A stretch of DNA of 52,973 nt from a virus (IMGVR_UViG_3300044576_000027:1-52973), one strand, 5' to 3'. Positions 27,284-38,287 are shown, numbered from the stretch's first letter. Made by a program: numbers and translations. The notes: generated by a model not told the origin, from the sequence alone.

Positions 27284-28216
27284 ATGGCTAAAGTTAAAAT
27301 TTTTTGTGACAGAAATATTAGGTATAAAAAACAGGGGCTTCAAAGTTGGAACACAGTACTTGGTGGTATAACAACTGTATTAAATCTTGATTATAATACA
27401 ACATATGAACTAGCTGCTGTTACTGCAACAAGATTGCTTATAGTAGGTGAAGTTGAAAATATAATCATATCAAAGTCAGATTTATCTGACATAAACAACT
27501 CGTTTAAAAATAACTTTTTTCTAAAATCAATAATTATAAACTCTTCAAGTATAATACAAGATGCATCTTATGCTTTTAGAAGCGACTTGAATCTTGAAAA
27601 TATATCTATAACTGGACTAGGAACAAATGCAAATTTGACCGAGATAGCTTTTGGTGTAATTAATGCAAATAGTGCCACAGACATAGTTCCTATTGGAAGC
27701 ACTGGAGTAAAAGATAATGCTCTTGTACTATCAAATGTAATTAACCATGTAAGTAATCTTTATAAAATGCAAGATGTATCTGGCTCAAAAAATGCTATTG
27801 TACCTAATAGTGAGATTGACTTGACTAAATTGGATAGCTCTAGTGATAAAACAAAGTTTCTAATCGGCTCCAATGTATTTGATAATATTGAGATAATGGA
27901 AACTACAGATGGAAATATTCTTAGAAAGAAATACAAAAGCATTTTTGATAAGAGCAAGGATAATAACTATAATATTGAATTAGATTTAAAAAGTCATGAA
28001 TCCGATAGTTATATTGTGAATAATAACACAGATAATAGTAATTTGTTTGACAGCAATCTCAGTGGTTCGTATAATATTGAATTGGATCTAAAACAATATA
28101 AAACTGATAGTTACATTATAAATAATAACACAGATAATAGTAATTTATTTGACAACACTACAAATGCTACATATAATATAGAAATTGATATAATACCTTA
28201 TTACATACTACAATAA
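27284..28216 (+). CDS. putative tail protein with 34-aa C-terminal repeats
   Basis: YNIELDLK...NNNTDNSNLFD repeated. Confidence 0.5.
   Translation: MAKVKIFCDRNIRYKKQGLQSWNTVLGGITTVLNLDYNTTYELAAVTATRLLIVGEVENIIISKSDLSDINNSFKNNFFLKSIIINSSSIIQDASYAFRSDLNLENISITGLGTNANLTEIAFGVINANSATDIVPIGSTGVKDNALVLSNVINHVSNLYKMQDVSGSKNAIVPNSEIDLTKLDSSSDKTKFLIGSNVFDNIEIMETTDGNILRKKYKSIFDKSKDNNYNIELDLKSHESDSYIVNNNTDNSNLFDSNLSGSYNIELDLKQYKTDSYIINNNTDNSNLFDNTTNATYNIEIDIIPYYILQ
27968..28192 (+). repeat. 102-nt intragenic tandem repeat (two copies plus a partial)
   Basis: AATATTGAATTRGAT at 27971 and 28073, variant at 28175. Confidence 0.8.
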
Positions 28217-28241
28217 AATAAATATAAAAGGAAAAGCAAGC

Positions 28242-30155
28242 ATGATAAAAGTTTATTCAGATATAAAAATACAGTTGCCAGTTAATGGAGAGTACTCAGT
28301 AGATTCTGGTGTTACATGGACACCTTTGACTGCTAATACACAGGTAATTATTGCTGGTTCATCATTGGCACAAGATGCAGTTGTTAAAGTTAGAAGTACA
28401 AATGCTGTAACAACTCTAGATAAGGTTGGATTTGGATTGCCAACAACTAAATACGATACATTTAATATTAAACAGGCACAAAATGTTACAAATTTAGATA
28501 ACTTTTTTAATGGTGCAATTATTAAAAAAGCAAGAATAGGATCATTGCCTACATTAACATCAATGATTGGCACATTTAAAAATTCAACTTGCAATGACGT
28601 GCTAATAGAATCCAATTCATCTCTAAATAATGTCTCAAACATGTTTGAGACATCAAACATTGAAAGACTTCTTATTAAAAAGCAACAAAATCTAAAAATA
28701 TCAGCATCATTGTTTTACGCAGCAAATATAAAAGAAGTATCATCAATCAGTTTTCCAAAATGTATATCAGGAAATAGTTTTATGAATGGAGCTACGATTA
28801 ATGTATTAGGAAGAATAGATTTAGGATCAGAAGTACAACCGAATGCAACAGATATAAATGGGAATCTTGATTATAGTTATGCATTTAAAAACTTAGATCT
28901 ATATTCTGGTGCAAGTATTGACATAAAAACTTCTTCATACAATGGATATGTAGGAAGTTTTTATGCTACCCTTGATAATGTTAAGTGCCCATACTTACTT
29001 GGTTCAAATTTTAAAGTTGATGCAAAAAGTCAAACCTTAAACTTTGTTTCAAATATTGGCTATTTTATAACAAGAGGTTCAAATTTGAATCCTGCATTTC
29101 AAGATTTAAATTTGGTTGTTGAGTCACAGCAAACTTATGCAGTTGAGAACACTTACTCAATATTTTTTCCTGTTCAAAACAGAAAAAGATTTTCATTATT
29201 TAATTCAATAAAAGTAATTGGATTTAAAGGAAAATATGATTTATTAAATATTAATTCAGTATTTTATGTTGGAAACCAATCTTTTAATGCAGTAGATACA
29301 AGATGGATTGCAAAATATGGAAGCTCATCAATTGTTGAGAATTCGTCAGGATTATTCAATGCTTATACTACTGCATCAGATTATGATATTCAAAAATCAA
29401 TTCCAGAGTTCTATGCAGTAAGAGAATCATCAAACGGTGCTTTAAGCTTAGTAGGTTCAAATGTTTATTTTGGATACGATGGTTTTAAGACTGTTAAGTT
29501 TGAAAATTTAGGTGGAACAATAATTAAAAATGTTACTGATTATGCAGAAAGAATTGAGAATGTAGCAACAAAACTATATTCTGTTGCAACAAATATGCCT
29601 ACCGAAATTGTTTACTTCAGTAGAAATGGATATAAAGCTTGTCTTGATGGAACAAATATAAAACTTTATGATGAGACAGAAACTCTTGTAACGACTATTA
29701 CTGGAATAACAAATTTCAAGGGTGCATATATCCATGAAGATGGATATGCAGTAGGCATTGCAACTGGTGGAGATAAAACTGCTGGTACAACTACTGTTAC
29801 TACCATTAAAGAGTACAAGTGGACAGATGGTTCTGAGATACATCATGGATACGTTGAGAATGCAATTGACGAAGTTGTTGTTGGTATTTATCGCTCAAAT
29901 AGAAATTCTAAACTAAATGTTGTTCAGTCATTATATACTGGTGGAACATTGACATCAAGTACAGTTAAAAACTTTAATGGTTTCAATGATCCAGTAAATA
30001 CTACAACAATGTTGTCACCAAATATGACTGATGGATACTATTCTGAAACAACACAATATCCAGTTGATTATGTAACTAATATATTTACTGAAGATGCAGA
30101 GTTCTTATGTGTAAACAGAACAACTGGTGCCTACATAAGATATTTCACTAGATAA
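28242..30155 (+). CDS. putative tail fibre/adhesin with BspA/DUF285-like repeats
   Basis: VTNLDNFFNG, LTSMIGTFKN, LNNVSNMFET repeats. Confidence 0.5.
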   Translation: MIKVYSDIKIQLPVNGEYSVDSGVTWTPLTANTQVIIAGSSLAQDAVVKVRSTNAVTTLDKVGFGLPTTKYDTFNIKQAQNVTNLDNFFNGAIIKKARIGSLPTLTSMIGTFKNSTCNDVLIESNSSLNNVSNMFETSNIERLLIKKQQNLKISASLFYAANIKEVSSISFPKCISGNSFMNGATINVLGRIDLGSEVQPNATDINGNLDYSYAFKNLDLYSGASIDIKTSSYNGYVGSFYATLDNVKCPYLLGSNFKVDAKSQTLNFVSNIGYFITRGSNLNPAFQDLNLVVESQQTYAVENTYSIFFPVQNRKRFSLFNSIKVIGFKGKYDLLNINSVFYVGNQSFNAVDTRWIAKYGSSSIVENSSGLFNAYTTASDYDIQKSIPEFYAVRESSNGALSLVGSNVYFGYDGFKTVKFENLGGTIIKNVTDYAERIENVATKLYSVATNMPTEIVYFSRNGYKACLDGTNIKLYDETETLVTTITGITNFKGAYIHEDGYAVGIATGGDKTAGTTTVTTIKEYKWTDGSEIHHGYVENAIDEVVVGIYRSNRNSKLNVVQSLYTGGTLTSSTVKNFNGFNDPVNTTTMLSPNMTDGYYSETTQYPVDYVTNIFTEDAEFLCVNRTTGAYIRYFTR

Positions 30156-30177
30156 TTAAACATGAGAGAGAATAGTT

Positions 30178-30522
30178 ATGCAAAGTAGAGATATTGAAAG
30201 AACATTAATGAAATTGGGAAATGACATGTCAGTTATGGCTTCCCAGCAAGAGCATACAAGTGAAAACATAGAGAAGCTTTCAAATGAGGTATCTAAGCTT
30301 GTTGAGTATATGCATAAAGATACTCAATCAAAAAAAGATTTCTCTGAGGTCTATAGAGATGTTACTAAAAACAAAGAGATGATAATTAAAGTTGATAACC
30401 ATTGTGAAATGAATACATATAGAACAGACAAATTGGAAAAGATTGTTTATGGAACTGTTAGTATATTGTTAACTTCAATCATTGGTTCAATAGCTTATGC
30501 ATTTGTCGGTGTAAAGCAATGA
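30178..30522 (+). CDS. holin-like membrane protein
   Basis: Coiled coil plus one C-terminal TM helix, directly before the endolysin. Confidence 0.5.
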   Translation: MQSRDIERTLMKLGNDMSVMASQQEHTSENIEKLSNEVSKLVEYMHKDTQSKKDFSEVYRDVTKNKEMIIKVDNHCEMNTYRTDKLEKIVYGTVSILLTSIIGSIAYAFVGVKQ

Positions 30523-31076
30523 TTAGGAATACAAATAAAGAACAGAAACTACTCCTTGAAGAGATAAAGAAGCAAGGAGTAACTAACAAATGGCAAATTG
30601 CATACATAATGGCTACTGCACACCATGAAACAAATGGGACTTTTAAGCCAGTTATAGAAGCATACTGGGTAAAAGATAGGCTTATTCGCAAACACGGCAA
30701 AAAACGTGGATTACAACGTTTCTATAGATGGTTGTCTGCAACAAGTCCAATGAATAGATATTATCCTTATGTTGGACGTGGATTGGTTCAAATAACATGG
30801 GAAAGAAACTATAGGTTTTTTAGTAATGTTCTAACGGATATGTACAGGTCAAACTATATAGATTTAGTAGAAAATCCTGGAATGGCTATGATACCTGAGT
30901 TTAGTAGAAAAATAATTGTATATGGAATGATAAACGGAAGTTTTACAGGAAAAAAGCTAAGTGATTATACTAATGACAATAAAGTTGATCTTGAAAATGC
31001 TAGGAGGATAATAAATGGAAGAGATAAAGCAAAAAAAATCGCAATTATTGCAAGAAGATACTATAAGTCTATATAA
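30519..31076 (+). CDS. endolysin, glycoside hydrolase family 19-like
   Basis: AYIMATAHHET, YVGRGLVQITWERNY, ARRIING. Confidence 0.85.
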   Translation: MIRNTNKEQKLLLEEIKKQGVTNKWQIAYIMATAHHETNGTFKPVIEAYWVKDRLIRKHGKKRGLQRFYRWLSATSPMNRYYPYVGRGLVQITWERNYRFFSNVLTDMYRSNYIDLVENPGMAMIPEFSRKIIVYGMINGSFTGKKLSDYTNDNKVDLENARRIINGRDKAKKIAIIARRYYKSI

Positions 31077-31320
31077 AACATTCTTCTATAATGGTTGGAG
31101 ACCAACATTGTATTGGATAATTGTTGCTGCAACAGCCTATTTATTTATTGTGTATCCTATTTTAAATATCTTAAAATCTTATTTTGAATTAAAAATTGAT
31201 ATAATTAAGTTAGATAATGCAGAAATAATATCATTGGTAACACTTATCTTAGGAACCACAGGATTAAGAGGATACGAGAAGTTTAAGCATAAAGAATTGG
31301 AGAATAGGAATGAATTTTAA
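31015..31320 (+). CDS. holin (GTA 3TM/DUF3154-like)
   Basis: GWRPTLYW motif, TM helices, LILGTTGLRGYEK. Confidence 0.7.
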   Translation: MEEIKQKKSQLLQEDTISLYKTFFYNGWRPTLYWIIVAATAYLFIVYPILNILKSYFELKIDIIKLDNAEIISLVTLILGTTGLRGYEKFKHKELENRNEF

Positions 31321-31627
31321 AATAGCATTTTCTTTAATGAAATATATTCCACTAATATCACTTATTTTGTATTCGTCATATCTATATATTGATAGAGAAT
31401 CTGAAATAAAAAAAAGAGTTATTATTGAGAGTGAAAATGTAGATCTTAGAGAATCAATAATAAAGTTAAAATCTATAAGTACTGAGTGCAAGAATCAATT
31501 TGCACTTAAAGAGGAATACTTTAGCTCTATGATTAGAGACTTAGTTGATAGAGACGCTAATGATATAACAGATATGAACTCAACAACAATAAATGGTGTA
31601 ACATACCATAGATTTGTACTGGAGTAG
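31310..31627 (+). CDS. i-spanin-like protein
   Basis: N-terminal TM helix plus coiled coil in the lysis cassette. Confidence 0.55.
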   Translation: MNFKIAFSLMKYIPLISLILYSSYLYIDRESEIKKRVIIESENVDLRESIIKLKSISTECKNQFALKEEYFSSMIRDLVDRDANDITDMNSTTINGVTYHRFVLE

Positions 31628-31630
31628 AAA

Positions 31631-31942
31631 ATGAAGTATATTATGTTTATAATTATATCTGTTTTGTTGTCTGCTTGTGGTTCAAAGAATAGCAATATAC
31701 AGTTGATTAATTGTGATGATTTTAAAATTAAAGATAAGTTGATTGTTCCGAGGTTTAAATATAAAACAATTGATATACAATGGGGCGTTGATTCAGCTGG
31801 AACGATAGTTGGATTGGACAATGATAAGCTTGTTGACCTAGTAAAACAAAACTACAAGATAAGAAAAGATATTAAAATCATATATAAATATATAGACAAT
31901 TTCAATAAAAGGAGCTATGATGGCAATAGTACCAACAAGTGA
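31631..31942 (+). CDS. o-spanin-like lipoprotein
   Basis: Lipobox LLSAC. Confidence 0.6.
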   Translation: MKYIMFIIISVLLSACGSKNSNIQLINCDDFKIKDKLIVPRFKYKTIDIQWGVDSAGTIVGLDNDKLVDLVKQNYKIRKDIKIIYKYIDNFNKRSYDGNSTNK

Positions 31943-32240
31943 GTACAGGGCATCTGAAGCATTTGAGTCTAAGATATACAAGTATCTAAGTGGCTCTGAT
32001 GTTGAACTAGAAATACCATTCGATGGTCAATTAAGTGACCTTGAAGTTAAACTTGATTTCATAAATGAAGCTGATGGATGTGTTAGACTAAAAGGATACA
32101 CATTGGACTTGTCTTCCTTTATGATACCACATGAATTAATTAATAAATTGTACTCTAGAACATCATGCATAATTTCAATAAATAACACAAGTACAAATGT
32201 AAAAAAGATAATAAAGGTTCTGCTTCATGAAGAAAATTAG
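31917..32240 (+). CDS. hypothetical protein
   Basis: 107-aa ORF before the portal. Confidence 0.55.
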   Translation: MMAIVPTSEYRASEAFESKIYKYLSGSDVELEIPFDGQLSDLEVKLDFINEADGCVRLKGYTLDLSSFMIPHELINKLYSRTSCIISINNTSTNVKKIIKVLLHEEN

Positions 32241-34611
32241 CCATAAGACAAAAGAGTTACTTAGAAATAAAGATGCAATTTTTAGAATAATAAAAAGTGA
32301 TTATTCTAACTCAATAAATTACTATAGAGAAAAAAATTCATTAATTAGAAAATGGAGAAGAGTATATGATGATATAGAGGGAGATAATTCAAAATCAGAT
32401 GTGTCAACATACAGAAGCAGAATGTTTAAGAAAAAAGTTCGTGAAATGGTGCCAAATATTTCTGAGCCTATTTTGACGAGCCAAAGATTATATGACGTAG
32501 ATATTGTTGCACAAGATGGATATAGTGCAGATGAGACTGAGATAAGTGATATGCTTAATTATCAATTTAAGAGTATCCCTGAGCTGAATAGAATAATTAA
32601 TTCACTTGCAAAATCATTTGTTATTGATGGGACAGCCATACTTAAAACTACATGGGATAGAGAGGAAAAGACAATAGTAACTGGAACTAAAAAGATAAAT
32701 ATATATCCAGAAAGCAAAGATGATGTTGATGATTTTCTTAATAAAATTGACAAAGACAAGAAGAGTAAATTGCTTAAACTTGGATATGATGTTCTTAAGA
32801 AAAAACTACCTATTGGAGAAAAGGAAGTTAACATTGAAGTAAAAAAGGTTGTAAAGAATAGACCAATGATCAGAGAGGTCGATTCTATCAGGATAATGAC
32901 AGATCCTAATGCAAAAGGTATCTTTAGTAATTCAAGATTTATAATTGAATTTGTTGAGACAAATTATGCATCATTGCGTTCAAGTGGAAACTACTTTAGT
33001 CTAGACAAGGTAAAAAAAGAAATTGATGACAATGATTCACCAATATTTGATCCTGTTTTATTTTCTGAGCTTTATCTCGGTGGTTCATCAACATATTTAA
33101 GTGAAGATGAGTATGCAATAATGTTTGACTTTGATGATAAGGCTAGAAAGAGATTAAATATTGTTGAGTATTGGGGTGAAGTACCAATTGATGGTTCAAC
33201 TGGTGAATTGGTACCTATAGTAGCTTCATGGATAGGGGATACCCTTATAAGATTGGAAGAGAATCCTATGCCACACAAGACAATGCCGTACTCAATACAA
33301 TCCTATGAGCCAGTAAAAAATAGAATATTTGGTGAATCAGATGCAGAAATTGTTGCAGAAGACCAAATTGGTTCAACTTTGGCTATGAGAAATATGCAAG
33401 ATATTACTCAAAGAAATCATAGAAATCTAACACAGGAATTTATTGAGAATGGCTTCTTGCCTGATATAACTCAAAAAAACAACTACAAGAATGGAAAGAC
33501 TGTTTTTTACAGAAAAGGTTCAGATCCACGTCAAGCAATATACAGAAGAACGATTGATGAAATTCCACAAGTTGTATTCCAATTAAAAGACTTGTACGAT
33601 AATGAGATTGAAAAATCAATTGGAACTGTATCTGCAATTGACACTGAAAAAGCTGATATTAGAGATGGTGTTGACAATCGTATGCACAGTATAATTGAAA
33701 GATTTTCTGACATCTTTGTTGATTGTGGTTCAAAGATTTTGCACATGAATACAAAGTTCTCACTAGATAGTGACTTCTATAAAGTTAATAGGAAGATTAG
33801 AAAAGTAAACACATCAATATTAAAGAGCATAGATAGCTTTGCAGTGGAAGTAACTACTTCAGCAAAAAATGCAAAACAGATAAGAGATTTAATTGGGTTA
33901 ATGAATACTAGAAGTGCAAATATGTCTGAAGAGGTTGCTGCTATTCACTATAGCAAGATTGCATTGTTGTCTGGAATGAAAGATCTGTCAAATGAAGTTC
34001 TCGACATGACAATAAATAGAGAACCATCAGAGTTTGAGAAACAACAACAGCAATTAGAGATGATGAAAATTCAATTAGACTTAGAGAAAACAAAACTTGA
34101 AATTAAACGAATCGACACTGAAGCAATGCTTAATATTGCTAAAGCTGAAGAGGCTAAGATTAAGTCAATTGAAAAACAAGAAGCTATTGATACTGGAATA
34201 ATTGAATCACAAGCTTCTCTAAATAGAGCTAGAGCTTATGAATATCTAAGCTCAGCAGAAAAACTTGAAGCTCAAACTGGACTATTTAATCAACAGTTTG
34301 ATTTAGAGCAATCTGGAGAAAAAAGAAGAAGGGAAGAGTTAGATAAAGAGTTTGCACATGAAGCTAATCTTGAAAGAGAGAATATTAGAACTGAAAGAGA
34401 GTTGACTATGCTAGAAAGGAAAAAGGACGCAAATCATGATGGTGTAGTAACAAAACAAGAGTCTGATGACTTCTTGTTAAACTACATAAAAGATGGTACA
34501 CTAAACAATGATAGTTATGATGCAGTTGGAGATGTATATAGAAATATACTTGAAAAAGGATTCTATGATGAACCAATAGCACAAAACGATGATAAAAATA
34601 CACAGGAGTAA
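32227..34611 (+). CDS. portal protein (N4 gp59-like)
   Basis: GTAILKTTW, IVEYWG, VPIVASWIGDTLIRLEENP, FGESDA; size and synteny. Confidence 0.85.
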   Translation: MKKISHKTKELLRNKDAIFRIIKSDYSNSINYYREKNSLIRKWRRVYDDIEGDNSKSDVSTYRSRMFKKKVREMVPNISEPILTSQRLYDVDIVAQDGYSADETEISDMLNYQFKSIPELNRIINSLAKSFVIDGTAILKTTWDREEKTIVTGTKKINIYPESKDDVDDFLNKIDKDKKSKLLKLGYDVLKKKLPIGEKEVNIEVKKVVKNRPMIREVDSIRIMTDPNAKGIFSNSRFIIEFVETNYASLRSSGNYFSLDKVKKEIDDNDSPIFDPVLFSELYLGGSSTYLSEDEYAIMFDFDDKARKRLNIVEYWGEVPIDGSTGELVPIVASWIGDTLIRLEENPMPHKTMPYSIQSYEPVKNRIFGESDAEIVAEDQIGSTLAMRNMQDITQRNHRNLTQEFIENGFLPDITQKNNYKNGKTVFYRKGSDPRQAIYRRTIDEIPQVVFQLKDLYDNEIEKSIGTVSAIDTEKADIRDGVDNRMHSIIERFSDIFVDCGSKILHMNTKFSLDSDFYKVNRKIRKVNTSILKSIDSFAVEVTTSAKNAKQIRDLIGLMNTRSANMSEEVAAIHYSKIALLSGMKDLSNEVLDMTINREPSEFEKQQQQLEMMKIQLDLEKTKLEIKRIDTEAMLNIAKAEEAKIKSIEKQEAIDTGIIESQASLNRARAYEYLSSAEKLEAQTGLFNQQFDLEQSGEKRRREELDKEFAHEANLERENIRTERELTMLERKKDANHDGVVTKQESDDFLLNYIKDGTLNNDSYDAVGDVYRNILEKGFYDEPIAQNDDKNTQE

Positions 34612-34614
34612 AAT

Positions 34615-35025
34615 ATGCCAGTAAGTTACGCAGATATTGAAAAAAAGAGATTGGGTGAATTAGCAATGGCTAATCAAAAGGCACAGGAATTGATTGCAAA
34701 TGAAGCTGAACAGGCTAGAATTCAAAACAACATTGCAGAACAACAAGTATCGGATGAAGACTCTAAAACACAGGAAGCTATGGATGCAATAGACAAAATG
34801 CACCAAGTTGAAGCAAATGGTGGAAATCCACTTGAAGTTGTACAATCATTACCAGAGGATTTGCAAATAAGAGTTGCTTCGATAATGAAAAGTGAAATTG
34901 AAAAATCTAAAGGAAATAATCCTGATGTAAATTCTGATTCTATTGGTATTGAGCCAAGCAATGAACCAGTTGGTGAGCAGAACAGCGATACAATACCATC
35001 AATAGCACAAGTAAATAAAGCTTAG
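34615..35025 (+). CDS. hypothetical acidic protein
   Basis: AGGAG SD; follows the portal. Confidence 0.6.
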   Translation: MPVSYADIEKKRLGELAMANQKAQELIANEAEQARIQNNIAEQQVSDEDSKTQEAMDAIDKMHQVEANGGNPLEVVQSLPEDLQIRVASIMKSEIEKSKGNNPDVNSDSIGIEPSNEPVGEQNSDTIPSIAQVNKA

Positions 35026-35071
35026 CTGTTGTATAATTTTACTAACAATTAACAAACAGGAGACTAAACAA

Positions 35072-35596
35072 ATGGCACAATTAAAAGAAATTCTTGACGA
35101 TACAAAATATGAATTAATCTATCTTATTGGAGATGGTTCTGATGAAAATGAAAGTTATTCTGAATCTGAACTTGATGAGTTCAAGGAGAAGCACTACAAC
35201 AGTATTGCAGAAGCTGGATATGGATTAAAAGAGCTAAAAGAGTCAATTAAAGAGGATAAAGAGCTTCTTAAGAGATTTTATACTCAAAAGTCAGCATACG
35301 AATCACTATTAAAGCTAACAAAAAACAAAGACTTTATTAATGTTATTGCATACTACTTTAATGATGAAGTAAAAAGAATATCTGAAATTTTAACATCACC
35401 ACAGTCGTTTGATGCTAATTCAAAAGATGAACTCATTTCAAAGATTAACTCTGTAAGACATTTCAAGCTATTTCTGAAAGCTCTAGCATCGAGTGGAATT
35501 GAGGCTAAACAAGAGATTGAGATGAAAGAGATTAACATTGAAATTGTTAACAAAATCATTGAAAATAAAAAATACGACAATGGAGGTAAGAAATAA
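35072..35596 (+). CDS. N4 gp58-like protein
   Basis: LLKLTKNKDFINVI..YFNDEVKR pattern and synteny. Confidence 0.55.
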   Translation: MAQLKEILDDTKYELIYLIGDGSDENESYSESELDEFKEKHYNSIAEAGYGLKELKESIKEDKELLKRFYTQKSAYESLLKLTKNKDFINVIAYYFNDEVKRISEILTSPQSFDANSKDELISKINSVRHFKLFLKALASSGIEAKQEIEMKEINIEIVNKIIENKKYDNGGKK

Positions 35597-36783
35597 TGGC
35601 TACCGAAGAAGTTGTAGAAAACGTTGTTGAGACAGAAGAAGAGTTTGAGGCTAGAATTGCCTCTATTGAGAGTGGTTCAAATCCAATCGAACAAATTGAA
35701 AAGAACCACGGTGCAGACAAGATGGATATTCCAGAAGATGATAAGCAAAATGAAAGCGACAATACTAAAGACGATAGTGATGATGTCAAAGAAGAGCTAG
35801 ATGATAAAAAGGCAGAAGATGTCAACAGTGGAACTGATGACGTTGTAGATGATGATGATGGTTCTGATAATGACTATCAAGAAGATATTAAGGAAGATGA
35901 TGATAGTATTGAAGAAGATGAACATGGTGAGGATATAAATAAATCCAATAATGTTGACAACGAAGTATTAGGTAAGTTTGGAATAAAAGATGAAAATGAG
36001 TTAAAAGATATTTTATCTGAACTGAAGAGAGCAAATGTCATTTTAGAAGACAATAAAAAATATATTGAAAACGGAAAACTGCTTGACAAAGCTGAAATAT
36101 CAGATGAAGATCTTGGAATGCTGATTGCAATCAAAAATGGAGATAAAGCAACGGTACTAGATCTAGTGAAGAAAATGAATATTGATATTAATGATGTTCC
36201 AGATGAAAAAGTTGAGCCTAAAAAAATTGACATAGAAGAGTTTAAACAAAGTGATTTTGATAGAAAACTTGATGACTTTATTGCGACTGCAAAAGTTATG
36301 AGTGTTGACACAAACTCATTGAACAGCATTGTTCAGAACTTTGACGAAGACTCAGTTATGAGATTGCTTGATGAACCAGATAGCCAAAAAGCATTGCTAG
36401 AAAATTATAGAGATGGTACATATCAAAAGGTTCATGAAAAAATTAAAGAGATTGAAGACCAGGATTACCTTGGAAGATTCTCAAAAAAAACAGCATACGA
36501 AAAATATGCAATTGGATTAAAAGCTCTCAGAGATGAAGAAGCTAGACAGGAGCAACAAAAAGTAGAAGATGTTCCAAAACAAAAGCCGACTAAAAAAGTT
36601 ACCAAGCAAAAAAAGGTAACAAAGGAAACAAAACAAGAGGTTGTTGAAGATGATAACATTAGTTCATCATTTGACACTAAAGCAAATTCACCAGAGATTC
36701 CTGATAATGTACAAGTTGCATCTACTGAGAATATGGACGATGATGAATTTGATGAATATATTAACAATATTTTAAATTCGTAG
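35596..36783 (+). CDS. capsid scaffolding-like protein (N4 gp57 slot)
   Basis: Highly acidic; directly upstream of the MCP; ends MDDDEFDEY. Confidence 0.6.
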   Translation: MATEEVVENVVETEEEFEARIASIESGSNPIEQIEKNHGADKMDIPEDDKQNESDNTKDDSDDVKEELDDKKAEDVNSGTDDVVDDDDGSDNDYQEDIKEDDDSIEEDEHGEDINKSNNVDNEVLGKFGIKDENELKDILSELKRANVILEDNKKYIENGKLLDKAEISDEDLGMLIAIKNGDKATVLDLVKKMNIDINDVPDEKVEPKKIDIEEFKQSDFDRKLDDFIATAKVMSVDTNSLNSIVQNFDEDSVMRLLDEPDSQKALLENYRDGTYQKVHEKIKEIEDQDYLGRFSKKTAYEKYAIGLKALRDEEARQEQQKVEDVPKQKPTKKVTKQKKVTKETKQEVVEDDNISSSFDTKANSPEIPDNVQVASTENMDDDEFDEYINNILNS

Positions 36784-36804
36784 TAAAGAGCAAAAGGAGT
36801 AATT

Positions 36805-38103
36805 ATGCCAACTACACCAATTCAATTTAACACTGGATATACAACATCAGATATGGGACCTCAAATTACCCAATATGATATGCAAAGAATTGCCGTTCAA
36901 GAGGCTAAAAAGAACATTCGTTTTTCACAAATGGGTATGTTACAAAAGATTAAACCGAACCATGGTGATGAGTTAAAAAGATACAGAGAGTATCCAATTT
37001 TACATGACAGCAACGTAAACAACCAAGGTTTAGACGCACAAGGTGCTGAACTACTTGCAAATAAGTGGTATGCCTATAAGGCTGATGGTTCACGAACAGT
37101 ACATATTGATGAAGCTTCTGCAAGAGCTGTACTGGGAGTAGTTAAAGTGCTCAAAGGTGGTGGAGCTTTATATGCTGGTTCACGAGATTTTGCACTTCAA
37201 AATGACAACTTTCCTTTAATTGGTGAAATCGGTGGTCGTGGAAATAGAGTAGGTTTAACTCGTGAAATTCTTACAGCAAAAGTCAAAAAGTATGCAATTA
37301 ACATTGAATACACAGCAGATGCATTAAAGTTTGATTCTCAACCAAAACTAAACATCAAATATGCACGTGAAATTGGTAGAGCTTATTCAGAGCTAAGAGA
37401 AGCAATTGTACGTAACCAATTGATTACTGAGGGTCTTGTTAATGCTGCTTATGGTGGTTCTGCTACAACTGTTATTGAAGTAGATGAAACTTCTGGTATT
37501 ACATACCCATCATTGAGACGTATGCAAACTTCACTTGACTTAGCTAGATGTCCTTATGACACAAAGGTAATCAGTGGTTCAAAAAATATTGATACAGTTA
37601 CAGTTTCTGCATCACGATACGTTTACATTCCAATTGAACTTGAATCTGAAATCGAAGATTTAACTCATAATGGTAGAGCAATGTATTCTGATTGGGCTTC
37701 TTATGCTGCTGCTGGTGGAACATCTTACGCACAAGGTGAAATCGGTAAAGCTGGTAAATTTAGATTCATCTCTGACTTTGACTTCCCAATTATGAAGGGT
37801 GCAGGAGCAGATGCTACTAATGGTCTAGACGCGAATGCAAATGGAATTGAAGATGCTGGAGAAGGCAAATCAATTACAAATGGTCATTATGACGTTGCAC
37901 CATTACTATTCGTAGGTAGTGAATCGTTTGAAGTTATTACAACTGAAAAAGATGGATTTGTGCTTAATGAGTCTGCTCCTAAAGTAACTCCAGGTGTTGA
38001 CAACTATGCTGACTTAGGTGTTGTATCTGTTAAGTGGCACCAAGGACTCATGGTGAACAAGGCAGAACACATCCGTTGTTTACTCGTTAGCTTCAACAAA
38101 TAA
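36805..38103 (+). CDS. major capsid protein (N4 gp56 family)
   Basis: GEIGGRGNRVGLTR, KVISGSKNIDT, GEIGKAGKFRFI, YDVAPLLFVG; strongly biased codon usage. Confidence 0.9.
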   Translation: MPTTPIQFNTGYTTSDMGPQITQYDMQRIAVQEAKKNIRFSQMGMLQKIKPNHGDELKRYREYPILHDSNVNNQGLDAQGAELLANKWYAYKADGSRTVHIDEASARAVLGVVKVLKGGGALYAGSRDFALQNDNFPLIGEIGGRGNRVGLTREILTAKVKKYAINIEYTADALKFDSQPKLNIKYAREIGRAYSELREAIVRNQLITEGLVNAAYGGSATTVIEVDETSGITYPSLRRMQTSLDLARCPYDTKVISGSKNIDTVTVSASRYVYIPIELESEIEDLTHNGRAMYSDWASYAAAGGTSYAQGEIGKAGKFRFISDFDFPIMKGAGADATNGLDANANGIEDAGEGKSITNGHYDVAPLLFVGSESFEVITTEKDGFVLNESAPKVTPGVDNYADLGVVSVKWHQGLMVNKAEHIRCLLVSFNK

Positions 38104-38107
38104 TTCT

Positions 38108-38130
38108 AAACCCCTAAATATAGGGGTTTT
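38108..38130 (+). terminator. intrinsic terminator after the MCP
   Basis: AAACCCCTA-AATA-TAGGGGTTTT. Confidence 0.75.
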
Positions 38131-38222
38131 AATCTACTATCAAACATCAAATCATAAAAAATTACAGAATATAAGTCGATTCAAAATGAAATCATGGTAC
38201 AATTCATTACAAAAACAACATC

Positions 38223-38287
38223 TTAGAGGTTACCAAGCCAGACTTCTGGTTACTTCTGCGTCTCTCTGACAACGAGGTAACCTCTAA
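38223..38287 (+). ncRNA. leader stem-loop before the Rha gene
   Basis: TTAGAGGTTACC/GGTAACCTCTAA perfect 12-bp stem with an internal AGCCAG/CTGGTT hairpin; TGGTACAAT -10 at 38195. Confidence 0.5.

Noticed and set aside
27968-28192. Template/variable repeat pair of a diversity-generating retroelement
   Set aside because: Both copies are in frame in one CDS, the differences are not adenine-specific, and there is no reverse transcriptase in the window
35877-36767. Antisense ORFs (e.g. 35877-36329, 36465-36767) and many similar short opposite-strand ORFs in the track
   Set aside because: Ser/Leu/Phe-rich shadows of acidic or Lys-rich real genes, with no RBS
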